Below are positions 1 to 10,600 of a stretch of 35,199 nt of DNA, piece by piece. How positions within the stretch are numbered: position 1 is the first letter of the stretch; each line of letters opens with the position of its first letter. The position numbers and the translations under genes are program-made. Source of the DNA: Selaginella moellendorffii (lineage: Eukaryota > Plantae > Lycopodiophyta); assembly GCF_000143415.4 (NCBI RefSeq), contig NW_003314481.1:18554-53752 (forward strand), written 5' to 3'. The notes beneath the pieces were generated by a model. It had not been told where the DNA came from, made no database searches, and was given only the letters and a program-made list of their open reading frames with translations.

Positions 1-104
1 ATCGCGATCAAGTTACGAGCAGGTTCTGGCAAGATGTGTTTAAGCAACTCAATACCACGTTGAGTATGTGCAGCAGTGATCATCCTCAATCTGATGGCCA
101 AACA
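1..104 (+). pseudogene. Ty3/gypsy LTR-retrotransposon integrase core fragment (relic)
   Basis: The frame starting at nt 3 reads RDQVTSRFWQDVFKQLNTTLSMCSSDHPQSDGQT, matching the gypsy integrase motif DRDxxFTSxFW...LxMSxxxHPQxDGQT. Similarity stops after ~104. A purine tract GAGGAAGGGGAGAGAG at ~182-197 could be a PPT. Confidence 0.75.
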
Positions 105-360
105 ATCTCAGTTCAAGTCAACTTTTCCGGAGTTTGATTATGATCTGGACGATATTCCTGATGATGACGAATACTCTTCTTGAGGAAGGGGAGAGAGTAG
201 ATTCGCTGGCAATGAAGTCTTTTGAGTTTTTGTACTTCGAGAAAAGCTTCATGTGCATTAGACCTTCCTTGAATGAAGTTAGCTCCGTATTGAGCTATGT
301 ACTCCGAACTTGAGTCTTCATTCTCACACCAAGAAAAAAAGCCCACCCACCTCCTCTAGC

Positions 361-687
361 CTAGTTTCTTGACACCAATCTCCTTTGCATGCATGTTTAT
401 TGCATAAGTGAATAAGATTGTCATCAAGAAACTGGGAAAAATATCACAAGCAATCTAAGTGTGAGGCTTCATGCTAGTAATCTCCATCAACACATTGTGA
501 CTGGACTCATGCTTAAGGATTAGCATGAGGCCTTATGCTAAAGTGCTGAAAAGATTTTGGTTTGTCTAGTTTCTTGATGGTAATCTTGCTTGAACGTCTG
601 TCCATGGGACAAGTAATATTATTATCAAGGAATTGGCAAACACACCCCATCCATTCCTAAGTGTGAGGCCTTATGCTAATAACCTCC
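361..687. repeat. Imperfect ~125-bp direct repeat (361-486 vs 566-687)
   Basis: Both copies run CTAGTTTCTTGA...ATCAAG(A/G)AA(C/T)TGG...CTAAGTGTGAGGC..ATGCTA. A near-palindrome TTAGCATGAGGCCTTATGCTAA lies at ~520-541. Confidence 0.5.
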
Positions 688-1666
688 TATAGAATTACCT
701 CCACTACGCCTTTCATACACCCCATCCATTCTTGAGTCCTCATACTATTAAGAATTACTTCCATTACCCCTTTCACTTAGCATGAGGCCTGACACTAGGA
801 TCCATTCTCTCCCATTTCAAAAATATTTTAAGTAATTCTAATAAGTTCTTTCATGTTTCTAGGCCCAGCAATCTAAAACACTTCTACATGAGTCCATTAG
901 AGTGAAAAGAGGCTGCAACTCCACACAACCACAAAAGTGGACATTAGAGATACAAGATGATGATCTAGTGTTGGTGGATCTTACCAACCCAAACAGTCCA
1001 ATAGTCTATGGGATTGTCATCAAAGAAGAGGAGATTCCTAACAAAGACATGAATAGGGAAGGAGGGCCATTTATACAGAGCTTCAAAAGACATTCATCAG
1101 GAATATTGTTCAAGACTCAGAGTTTATTCCGTCAACTACAATACAGTCTGCAGAGAAGGAATTGATACAACCTTCACTGCTTATGGAATCCTCAAGGACA
1201 GACTAACCTTGTCAAGGGCATTGTTGTTGTGGACAGTCAACAATAGGATTCTAACTGAGAGACTTTTTGATCAGAGGGAAATAGAAGAATTGGAGCATCC
1301 ATTCCATGACCTCTCCAACTACAATCCAAATGATGGACATAAGGTCGATTAGGTTGTTGATGATAAACATACATTAAGCGATACATCCTCATTAACATCA
1401 ATGTCCAATGATTAGGAGAGTGAGGACGATGACGACAAGGTACAACACAATGATAATGAAGAGGATAATAGTGAGACAAAAAGTGACAAGTGATGAAATT
1501 CAAGACAAGAGTCCTTCCTCATCATGAAAAGAAGAAAAAGATGATGATGAACCACCACAGAAGAGGGTTAGATGTGAACTTTGAAGCAAGGTTGCAAGGA
1601 ATAATGCATGGAAGAGCCAGGGACAAAAACCTCCATACAAAACAAGAAAAAAAAGTGTCACACAAT

Positions 1667-1745
1667 GGTTTAGGTTTAGGGTTTAGGGGTGTTTAGGCGT
1701 TTAGGGTCAAAGACAGTCTACGGTGTTGCAATCGGGCGAGATCGC
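1667..1745 (-). repeat. Interstitial telomeric repeats plus PLE-type 3'-terminal tail (fossil chromosome end)
   Basis: GGTTTAGGTTTAGGGTTTAGGGGTGTTTAGGCGTTTAGGGTCAAAGACA...GGTGTTGCAATCGGGCGAGATCGC closely matches the PLE termini at ~18465-18528, ~25583-25646 and ~30422-30485. Confidence 0.85.
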
Positions 1746-2462
1746 TAAACATGTATGTACATTCCCCATGTCCCAATGGGACTAATACAAAAATTGGGTG
1801 TGTCACCCTCTCAATGAGCTGCTCTACGTGATCCTCTTGTGTCACAGCGGGACCTAGTCCTGGAGTAGAAGTGGACATGGTCGTCTCAATCAAATCATGT
1901 TGATGTCCAAGTCTCCCCCACGTGCTGAATGTAGAACAGAGTCTGGGGGGTGCCACTGCTAGTGAATCTCACCACCTACCATTCTGCCAAAGCATGGGAG
2001 CCATCTAGACTACCACTCCTCTAGCTGCCTCGGTTTTGCCCGCTCCTTTAGGATGGTGTAATGAAGCCGCACTGCTGCAAGAGTGAGTCTCCACCACGAT
2101 GCCACCATTGCTAATATCCTCGCTTGTTGCCCATCAAAGCGGCAATGGTTCCATGCCTCCATAAGTGCCTGCACTCCAGTCGCCCTCTAGATGGACCATC
2201 GCTCGTGGCCCATCGCCTCCCAGACTGACATCCCGACTTCAGCCCCTAATGCATCCCATTGAACTCGCATGTTCCATCCATGACATCTATAACAGCGAAT
2301 ACGCCTCCAAGCTGGACCAATGGCTGGACCTCTAGCTCCCTCAAACCAGTGGAGGATATCCCCGCTCTGAGCCTTGAACTCTGGAATGTCTCCTAGTTCC
2401 TGCATCGCCTTGAAGATCTGTCGCCATACCTTTCTCGCCACATCACATATCCAAAGTACATG
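1746..2462 (-). pseudogene. Decayed 3' fragment of an L1/Tx1-type LINE related to the 7644-17906 family
   Basis: HVLWICDVARKVWRQIFKAMQELGD...RVQWDALGAEVGMSVWEAMG aligns with HLLWDCDVAKETWRQVAKATRELGD...RVRWDAVGAEVGTTVWEALG, and similarity continues through stops and frameshifts to ~1870. The 3' UTR TTTTTGTATTAGTCCCATTGGGAC...ATGTACATACATGTT matches 12116-12162. Confidence 0.88.
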
Positions 2463-2470
2463 TCGCGCCT

Positions 2471-4005
2471 GTGAGACACAAAATCCCTAGGCCCCAAAGT
2501 GGAGCCGGAAGGGTGCCACGTGGTAGTGGCCGAAGTGAAAGCCAAACGAGTGTAACACGTTTGGACCAAAAGCTCCGACTTGAAAAGTTGAGAGTGGGAG
2601 TGGATCCATCATCTACTCCATTCTCTGGATTGGTAGACCTCTTCACAGTGTTGCAGAATAGTGCTGGCATTTCTGCTACTGGAAACACTCTTCCACAGCA
2701 GTTGCCACCTTTCCTTGCCCCTGGCAATGCCCTCACTAGCTCCTCGACTGAGGGACTTGGTAGGCTTGATGAGGCTCTTTCTGCCATCCTTGAATGCTCG
2801 ATCAAGGAATTCATGAACGAGCTCAAGTCTCTAAATCAAGCTCACAAGGCTGTGAAGAGATTGACTCAGCTCCGTGATAAAAAGCAGTTCCCTCAAGACC
2901 TTCGCATTCGTGTGCCAAAGCTTGAGGTGACCTCTCACGGTCAGGAACTTCTTGATGCCAGCATCAAAGCAATCCACGAACAATACTTGAAGGACCTTCT
3001 TGATTCTCTGCTCAAGGCACGAGAGGCTGAGGCTGCTACCCTTGCGGATCTCATCAACCATGGACTCTCTCAACGTTTTAATGATCGAATGGATGATTTT
3101 GTTCACTGTGCTTTGCAGGCTTGTGGCAATGCACAACGAGAGGCTGTCACACATACTCTCAATGCCCGCAAGCATCAGTTGATAGCTGAATACCAACGTG
3201 CGACTGCAATTGGAGCAGTGGCATATGGAGTTGAGGAGAGCAAAAAGGAAAATGCTCGCAAGCAAAGGGAAGCTGCAGAGGATGCTGCACGAGCCAAGGC
3301 GGAGACACTGCCCAAGGAAGACACTGTTAAGATGCTTGTCCAGAGCTGCTTTGACAAGATGTGGAAGGAGAGGGAGCGTGGAATTCCGAGACAACACCAC
3401 GAAGATGCTGGCAGAGGCACCAGATCACAAGGCAAACGACAGCAAAGGACGGATCACTCCACATACGTGAAGCAGGCTCTTCAAAGACACGCAAGGTTTC
3501 TCTCCCCAGTGGTGAACGTGACGTTACCCATGGACGGCAGGGAAACGAGCAGGGGCAGAATGTGGTTACTGGGACTCCTCCCACCCATTCCGATGCCCCG
3601 GGTTTTTCTTCAAGGGGTCCCTTGCACCGGCAATCTCCAACCGTGCTTGGTTCCCAGCCAGCCATGACTGGCAGAGGTGGCCAACGCCAGTCTCGAGGAA
3701 ACGGTCGACCCCCACGGTCCCAACCGAACTGGCCAAGCGAGGGCACCAGACTACACCACGACCTCCTCCAGGAGCCCAACAACGCCAGCCAACTCAGAAC
3801 CAGAAACCACCTTCACCTCCCAGAGGACAAGAGATGCAGCCCTCACAGCACCACAACAACACCCCACTCCACGAACGAACCCAACGCTATGGCTTGGGAA
3901 GAAACTCGCCTCCACAGCAACACCCGCACTCTCCAGTTACGGCAGTGCCTGTGGACAGAAAAGGCAAGGCAAAAGTTTCTGGCTACCTTTGATTGCCCCG
4001 CATGA
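2471..4005 (+). pseudogene. PLE ORF1 (coiled-coil/basic protein), frameshifted, 5' end uncertain
   Basis: From ~2750, LDEALSAILECSIKEF...FPQDLRIRVPKLEVTSHGQ...LLKAREAE...LPKEDTV aligns with IDGAFNSILASSLQEF...RPQSLRTRPPKLKVSRHAQ...LIKAREDE...LPKEQTI. Homology moves to the 3361-4005 frame (SSKTRKVS...QGN...TGTPPT) near 3450. Confidence 0.75.
3540..3599 (+). promoter_or_regulatory. Predicted -1 programmed ribosomal frameshift signal (old PLE)
   Basis: G GGA AAC heptamer in the ORF1 frame, a 5-nt spacer, then a hairpin GGGGCA/TGCCCC, GAATG/CATTC, TGGGA/TCCCA. Confidence 0.75.
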
Positions 4006-5833
4006 AGCTTTACTTCATTTTGCCGGCAATCAAAAAGTTTCCCAGCTAGAAAATAGAGTGGAGATTGGTGCTGTTCACAATTTGTCTTCTCGCATGTTGA
4101 GTGCCGCTGAAAAGCGCCTCCTTGCTCTTGGGCTCTCATTCATTCCTAATCCAGTGCCTCTCACGGCCAAAAAGATTATGGAATGCTTAGATGACTTTCA
4201 ACGCTCAGTCCGTCTTCGTCATTCGTTTAAGGACAGCAACAGTCTTATATCAGAGTTTCGGGTTCCCAACCCAAACTTTGATCCTCCCCCTGCTTCCTGG
4301 CACATGGAGTCACGAGTTGCCCGCATTCGAGAGCACCTTCTCCAACGTCTTTCCTGTTGTAAAAGACCTCGATCTTTTCTAAGAGGATGGAGACGTGATG
4401 CAGTCCTTGCGCTGCGACACGATCATAGTATTGTGATTAAGCCAGCCGACAAAAACCTCGGCGTAGTTGTTCTGGACCGCACGTGGTACATTCAAGAGGC
4501 TATGCGCCAACTCAATGATCCTCTTGTCTACAAGAGAGTTGAGTCGATTCCACATCAACCCATGCATGAGCGCCTCCTCGAACTTCTCCTGAAGTATAAA
4601 TCTTGCTCGTGGCTGGACAAGAACACAGCCAAGTACCTCACCACTTTTCCCTCACCTCCACGTAAAGCTTGTTTGTTGTATTTTCTTCCAAAAATACATA
4701 AGCAGCCAATTCGTGGGAGACCAATTGCTAGCTATGTTGGCTACATTTGGGAGCCACTTGCAAAATGGCTTCACCGCCAACTTTTTGGCATTCTCCTCCA
4801 ACAGGAAACCTTTCTTATGGACTCCCACACCCTCCATGATCTTCATAAACAACAGCTCCCAAAAGACTGCCTCCTCTTCACTTTTGATGTGGAGTCGCTC
4901 TACCCGAGCATTCCCACACGTGAAGGGCTCTATCGCCTCCATAAATTTGTATATACAAATTTTGGAGATTCAATGCAAGCACGCTTTATCATGGCTGCTG
5001 CAGGACTCATCCTTGAACACAATTATGTTGAGTTCGATGGGAGTTATTTCCTTCAAATCCGAGGCACTGCTATGGGGTCAAACTTTGCTGTGGTGTATGC
5101 TTGCCTTTTTCTTTGCTCCCTCGAGGACGAGTTTAAGGCCACCTCTCCTAAATGGCCAATATATCTTAAGAGATATATTGACGATGGTGTCGGAATTTGG
5201 GATGGATCAAAAGAGAGCTTGGAATGCTGGTTGGCTAGCTATGGAAGCCTCTGCAATTCTATAAAAATCACCTCAGTGATCTCATTTGAATCTATGGATA
5301 TTCTAGACATCCATTTTTTCAAAGGCCCACGCTTTGAGAAATGCAGGTGCCTAGACTCCACCACCTTTCAAAAGCCACTAAATGCATACCAATATCTTCC
5401 ATGGAACTCAACGCATCCTCGACACCAAAAGATTGCCTTCATTCGTGCTGAACTTCAGCGTTACCTCCTACGAGAGAGTAACCCTGAGAGCTTCTGTGCA
5501 ATTCGCAAGCTTTTCTATACTCGTCTCCGTGCACGTGGATACCCAAGAGCCTTCCTTATTGAAGCTTTCTGGACAATCCATTATACAGACCGAGATAATG
5601 TGCTCTACTCTCCATCACGCAAATCCAGTAGCAATAGTCTACAGGCCCCCCTCATTTTCAAGCTGCCTTATACTCTCCATAGTGCAGCACTTGATGTGGG
5701 GAACACCCTAAACCCTAAACAGGTGATTTCTGAAGTTCCATCAGACTCACTCCCCAGAGTGATCACATGCTGGACACGGTCCCCAAACCTTGCTTCCCAC
5801 TTGGTTTCAGCGAGACTCCCACCATATGGATAA
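3677..5833 (+). CDS. Penelope-like reverse transcriptase, no GIY-YIG endonuclease (native N-terminus disconnected by a frameshift)
   Basis: Motifs IKPADKNLG, LYFLPKIHK, GRPI, FTFDVESLYPSIP, QIRGTAMGS, RYIDDG, YLPWNSTHP, ARGYP. The ORF ends with no endonuclease domain. Confidence 0.9.
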   Translation: MANASLEETVDPHGPNRTGQARAPDYTTTSSRSPTTPANSEPETTFTSQRTRDAALTAPQQHPTPRTNPTLWLGKKLASTATPALSSYGSACGQKRQGKSFWLPLIAPHEALLHFAGNQKVSQLENRVEIGAVHNLSSRMLSAAEKRLLALGLSFIPNPVPLTAKKIMECLDDFQRSVRLRHSFKDSNSLISEFRVPNPNFDPPPASWHMESRVARIREHLLQRLSCCKRPRSFLRGWRRDAVLALRHDHSIVIKPADKNLGVVVLDRTWYIQEAMRQLNDPLVYKRVESIPHQPMHERLLELLLKYKSCSWLDKNTAKYLTTFPSPPRKACLLYFLPKIHKQPIRGRPIASYVGYIWEPLAKWLHRQLFGILLQQETFLMDSHTLHDLHKQQLPKDCLLFTFDVESLYPSIPTREGLYRLHKFVYTNFGDSMQARFIMAAAGLILEHNYVEFDGSYFLQIRGTAMGSNFAVVYACLFLCSLEDEFKATSPKWPIYLKRYIDDGVGIWDGSKESLECWLASYGSLCNSIKITSVISFESMDILDIHFFKGPRFEKCRCLDSTTFQKPLNAYQYLPWNSTHPRHQKIAFIRAELQRYLLRESNPESFCAIRKLFYTRLRARGYPRAFLIEAFWTIHYTDRDNVLYSPSRKSSSNSLQAPLIFKLPYTLHSAALDVGNTLNPKQVISEVPSDSLPRVITCWTRSPNLASHLVSARLPPYG

Positions 5834-5852
5834 GCTACCTTGGACTTGCCCA

Positions 5853-6177
5853 AAGCTACCTCTTACAAACTCGGAGTGGAATATTCCTGGAATATTCTGA
5901 TGCTTTGAAATATTTTTTTTGAGGTTAGCTATTAAACATGATGAGGAACAATTAGGACGTGCTGCATGGCTGATATCCATCACCATCACCGTTCACAATA
6001 TACTGCTATGAATAAGCTACCTCTTGCAAAGTCGGAGTGGAATATTCCTGAAATATTCTGATGCTTTGAAATAACTTTTGAGGTTGGCCATTAAAAATGA
6101 TAAGGAACAATTAGGACGTGCTGCATGGCTGATATCCATCACCATCACCGTTCACAATATACTGCTATGAATAAGCT
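5853..6177 (+). repeat. Tandem duplication of ~160 bp in the PLE 3' UTR
   Basis: Units start AAGCTACCTCTT at 5853 and 6014 and are near-identical through ...CACAATATACTGCTATGAAT. Confidence 0.9.
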
Positions 6178-6692
6178 TCACACCACTACGCTTGTTTATT
6201 TCCTATTTCAGTCTTTGAAATTTTCAACTTTTTTGAAATTTCAATTGATTATTATATCTTGTGCCTTGCACAGTGATATCATTGAAGTTCACATATATTC
6301 TCTACAAACCAAATTTGAGGGAAATATACTGAGCTAATTAAAATCACCACCACCTCTTCTCTGAAATTTTTCTGAAATTTCAAGGGACTATCACATCTTG
6401 TGCCTTGCACAAAGATGTCATTAAAACTCATATTTTATTTTCTACAAACCAAAATTTGTAGAAAATAAACCCATAATAATAGCAATCAATACCACCATCA
6501 TAATATATAAGATAAGTGGCTAGTGACAACCAAGTCTGTGAGGCTGTTCCTCCAAGCTTGCCTGCTCACACTCCACCACAAGATCTTTGAAGTTCTAAAA
6601 CAGTTGGATATTTTCAAAGCTTCTTGAATATTCTTAAGGCATCTGGGTATAAATAGAGGAAAAGAGGGGCTAGGTTAGACCATTTTCATGGC

Positions 6693-6745
6693 GACTACAC
6701 CCGGCTGATGAGTCCCAAAAAGGACGAAACCGGTATCGGGTTGTC
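6693..6745 (+). ncRNA. Minimal type I hammerhead ribozyme
   Basis: Stem I GAC..ACCCGG/TCGGGT.GTC, core CTGATGA, stem II GTCC-CAAAAA-GGAC, GAAA, vestigial palindromic stem III ACCGGT, cleavage triplet GUA. Confidence 0.9.
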
Positions 6746-7643
6746 ATGCCAATGTATTTCCTTTCCCTTTAGTGAATTTTTCATTATAAATTTTCTCTAG
6801 TTTTTCCTCTTATCTCAGATTGCCATAGCTGATCTCTAGCATTCTTGAGTTCCACTGGATCAAGAAATGTGGAGTGCTTTTGGCTAATTGCAATTCCAAA
6901 ATCCTAAACACTTTCTAGCTCAAAAGCATCAAAGAGGCTTCACAAGCCCCACTTTGTTGCAAAAAGCATTCCTAAATCGGCTCTTCCATTCTCCAATCCA
7001 TTCTCCAATTCATTCTACTAATCTCGTGGACCGTGGGCCCCCTTTCGCCCTTGGGCACATGGGAGCAACTGGGGCGGTGCGTGCAACTGGCCCATGTGGC
7101 CAAGTACATTTTTCCATGTCCTGAGCGCCTGCTTTTGTGGTTTTTCCCACGGAAGAAGATGCGTCCCACGTGGCGATCCGTGTGCCCGCCCGCACTCCGG
7201 CACCAACGGGGCCGGCCGGCGTGACGCCCCGGCCGCAGCCGTGCCAACGGATCGCGGGCCCCATGCGTGGGCTGCTGCCGGGAGTGCATCTCACTCTCGA
7301 GGAAAACACCGCACTGGCGCTCGGGCCTGCACTGGAACGCAACCCCAGGAGCGCCGTGGTGAAGCCCGCGTCGAGGGCATCGATCCAAATTGGCTGGGCC
7401 CCCCATGCCATGCTGGCACCATGCGTGCCTTGTCGAAAACGGCACACCCTTGCGACCGCTGGGCGAAAGGGGCAAACCCCGAGAGGTCCTTGCACCTCCT
7501 GTCACTGGGGAGGGTGCCCCCCATGAACACGAACCCAACGGCGCCAGTCCCACGCGAAACGCATGCACGGTTCGCGAGAAAATGGCCCCCAACGCCCGCA
7601 TTCTCCATTATTCCGAGAGAATATTCCCTCCACTACTTAAATT

Positions 7644-10600
7644 GTGCCAAAAAGAGGCGGGATAGACTTTCTATGCATCCAGGAACACAAGATGGACGCT
7701 GAACCGGACTACAACTTCGGCATGAGAGGGAAAACGTGGTGGAACGCAGCGGTAGCAGCTCGGTCCAGGCTAGGGGGGGGCACAGCCATTGTGGTCTCCA
7801 CCAGATGGTCAGCGCAAGCGAGGGATCATGAAGTGTTGGTGCCGGGGAGAGCACAGCTCCTGGTGCTCAGCCTGCACTTTGGACGAGTGGGGATCCTAAA
7901 CGTTTACGCCCCAACCAACAGACAGGCCCGGACCCTTTTCTGGGAAGAACTTCGAGTGAAAGCAAGAGGCCGGGCAGAGCACTGGCTGGTGATAGGGGAT
8001 TTCAACATGGTGGAAAACACAGAGGACAGGAGAGGAGGCCAAGAGACCATCCAGGGCCGGGAACAACTACAATGGCTGGCACTGGCAGAACAGCTGGACC
8101 TCGTGGACCTGCAGCACGAGGAAGGATTCGCCCCCCATGCGCACCCCTACACCCGTCGGGAGTCAACAAGCTGTCAGTCACGACTGGACAGGATCTACGC
8201 CTCCCCTAGAGTGAGAAAAGATGGCGGGAGTCTCAAAACGTGGCCTTGTTTCCCCTCTTTTTCGGACCACGACCCAGTCCGGTGTACAATCAAGCTCCAG
8301 AAGGACAAAGGTAAAGCAGTGCAGCGAGCCATCTCAATCCACACCCTGGCAGATGCACAGGCAGTGGCACAAGTCAGTCGGATTCTGGAGGGGAGCGAAC
8401 TGGTGCTCACCACAGTACTGCAAGGCTGCTCGGACCAGCTGAGAGAGAGACAGCGGGCGATAAAGGGCGAAGTAATGAAGGAGCTGCGCCTAGCAAGGCA
8501 GAAGGTGGCAGCAGCCCAGAGGATGGTGCTGACGGCCAAGGACGCAGGAAGGTGGCAAGCGGCCCTGGACCAGAGGGAAGCAGAACTACAGGAGAGGGAA
8601 TTCGCGGCGTGGAGCTCTGGAGTGCGTACTCAGGAGGACTCATGGGCGGTAAACGAGCGGCTGCTGAACAGGGCCTTCTACAGAGGTATCCGCCCAGTCT
8701 CAGACTCACCACCCATTCTTGGTCTCAAGGCAGAAGATGGAAAGTTGGTGGAGGATCAGCAAGGCATGCAGGAACTGGCACAAAGGTTCTACGAGCAGCT
8801 GTACACAGCACAACCAGGGACTACAGCCAGAGCCCAGGCAGCAAAAAAGGTGTTGAAAACTCTGAAGCATAGAGTCCCGCAGGAATGGAACAAACAACTC
8901 GTGGCAGATCTCACCATAGAAGACCTCCGCAAGGCCTTGGACAGATTGAGTGATGACAAAATGCCCGGGATAGATGGATTGCCCCCGAGTTTCTTTCAGA
9001 GTAATTGGGAGGTGATTGGTCCGCTGATGATGGAGGCCTGGACGAAGGCGCAGCAAGCAGGGCAGCTCCCGGCGGAGATACTGGAGGGCCAGATCGCACT
9101 GCTTCCAAAGAGAGGGGACCTTCAAGAGCTACGCAACTGGAGACCAATAACAATGCTCAACACAGCGTACAAAATCTACGCCAAGGCGATGGCGCTTAAA
9201 TTGCAACCGGTGATGCCCATCATTATTCGAGAACAACAGACAGGCTTTGTACCAGGGAGACAGATTGCGGAGAATATCTGGACCTATCTCCTGGCACAAA
9301 GATGGGCAAAATCCTCGAGGCAGAATGTGGTGGCGTGGCTACTGGATTTCGAGAAGGCGTACGACCGGGTGGACTGGGACTTCCTGGAGGACTGCATGGG
9401 ACGGATAGGAATCCCAGCGCCCATGGTAACACGCATCGCTCTCCTGTACCGGGGAGCATCAAGCAGGGTGGTCATCAATGGAGAAACAGGCCCGCGGTTT
9501 CGGCTAGGGAGGTCGGTGCGTCAAGGCTGCCCGTTGGCTCCGTACCTCTTCCTCATGGTTGCGGAGGCTCTAGGGGCGTTCCTGGCGGAGGGTGAAGGAA
9601 TCAGGGGAGTGGAGTTACCCAAGGAAAGACAGCAACTCCCAGGAACTCAAACGGTGGGAAGGGACCTGCTCGACAGCGCGTTCGCGGATGATACAGCACT
9701 CTTTCTGCTAGGTACCAAGGCTAACCTGGACACTGCAAGGGCCAGGCTAGAGGCCTTCAATGCAGCAGCAGGAGCGGCCATCAACTGGAACAAGTCGATA
9801 GGAATCAACTGGGGGGAATCTGACATAGAGGCGTGGGGACGCGACATCGACTTCCAGTGGCTACCACCAGGGGAGGACACACGCTACCTGGGAATTCAGG
9901 TAGGAGGTGAGTTCAAAGCTTCTACGCAGGACTCAGCGCTGCTGCGGAGGACCAGAACTGCGATTCAGAAATGGGCGCCACGGAAACTGGGACTGCCGGC
10001 AAGGGTGGTGGTGGCGAAAAGCATCGTGTTGCCGAGTACGTGGTACCACCTCTCAGTATGGCCGGTTCTAGAGACAACACTCAAGCACATAAGGTCCATG
10101 GTGCGCATGTATGTGTGGAAGGGAGCGCTGGTCAGTGGCCGGACAATGGCCAAGGTGGCATGGCAGTCGACGGCGAGACCACGAGTTCTAGGCGGCTTGG
10201 GGATAATCGACCCAAGTGACATGAGCAAGGCGCTGAGGTACAAAGTCATACTAATGGGCCTTCAACCGGGGGCCCAAGTTTGGAAGCTCTTGTTCAGGCA
10301 GAGCATGCTAGCCATTAGGCCGAAGCACGGATTCGCAAGAGTGTGGGATGAGGACCCCCGCTGGATGTTTGCGGAGGGCCAAACACAGGTGGTAGGGGGA
10401 GGCCAGTTGGTCCAGGGTCTCCATCGGCTCTGGAAGTCATTTCCAGTGACGCAGGTCATCCCAAACAGGGCAGAGGACTGGCTGAACCAGCCGCTTTTTT
10501 TCAATGAGTTGTTCAAGGCAGGAGACAGGACACTAGGTCGAGAGAACCACTACACCATATGGAGGCGGGTACACCAAGGAGGCTTCAGGACAGTCAAACA

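Larger units (their letters stand above)
2471..6790 (+). mobile_element. Older endonuclease-deficient Penelope-like element, inverted relative to the distal copies (boundaries approximate)
   Basis: ORF1 and RT ORF are homologous to the 18458-25575 element, and the 3' UTR has a TATA box plus hammerhead. At least two frame disruptions; no telomeric tail after the ribozyme. Confidence 0.88.

Noticed and set aside
902-1696. Short ORFs as a host gene
   Set aside because: No recognisable domain, multiple stops and low-complexity purine-rich sequence; probably a decayed repeat.
3677-5833. RT ORFs as telomerase (TERT) or group II intron RT
   Set aside because: The motif set (ADK, LPKIHK, DVESLYPSIP, GTAMGS, YIDD, HP, GYP) is Penelope-type; no TERT T/CP motifs or intron RNA domains are evident.
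6972-7702. ORFs upstream of LINE ORF2 as LINE ORF1
   Set aside because: No RRM or zinc-knuckle motifs, ORFs are open on both strands because of GC content, and ORF2 itself is truncated at its start.
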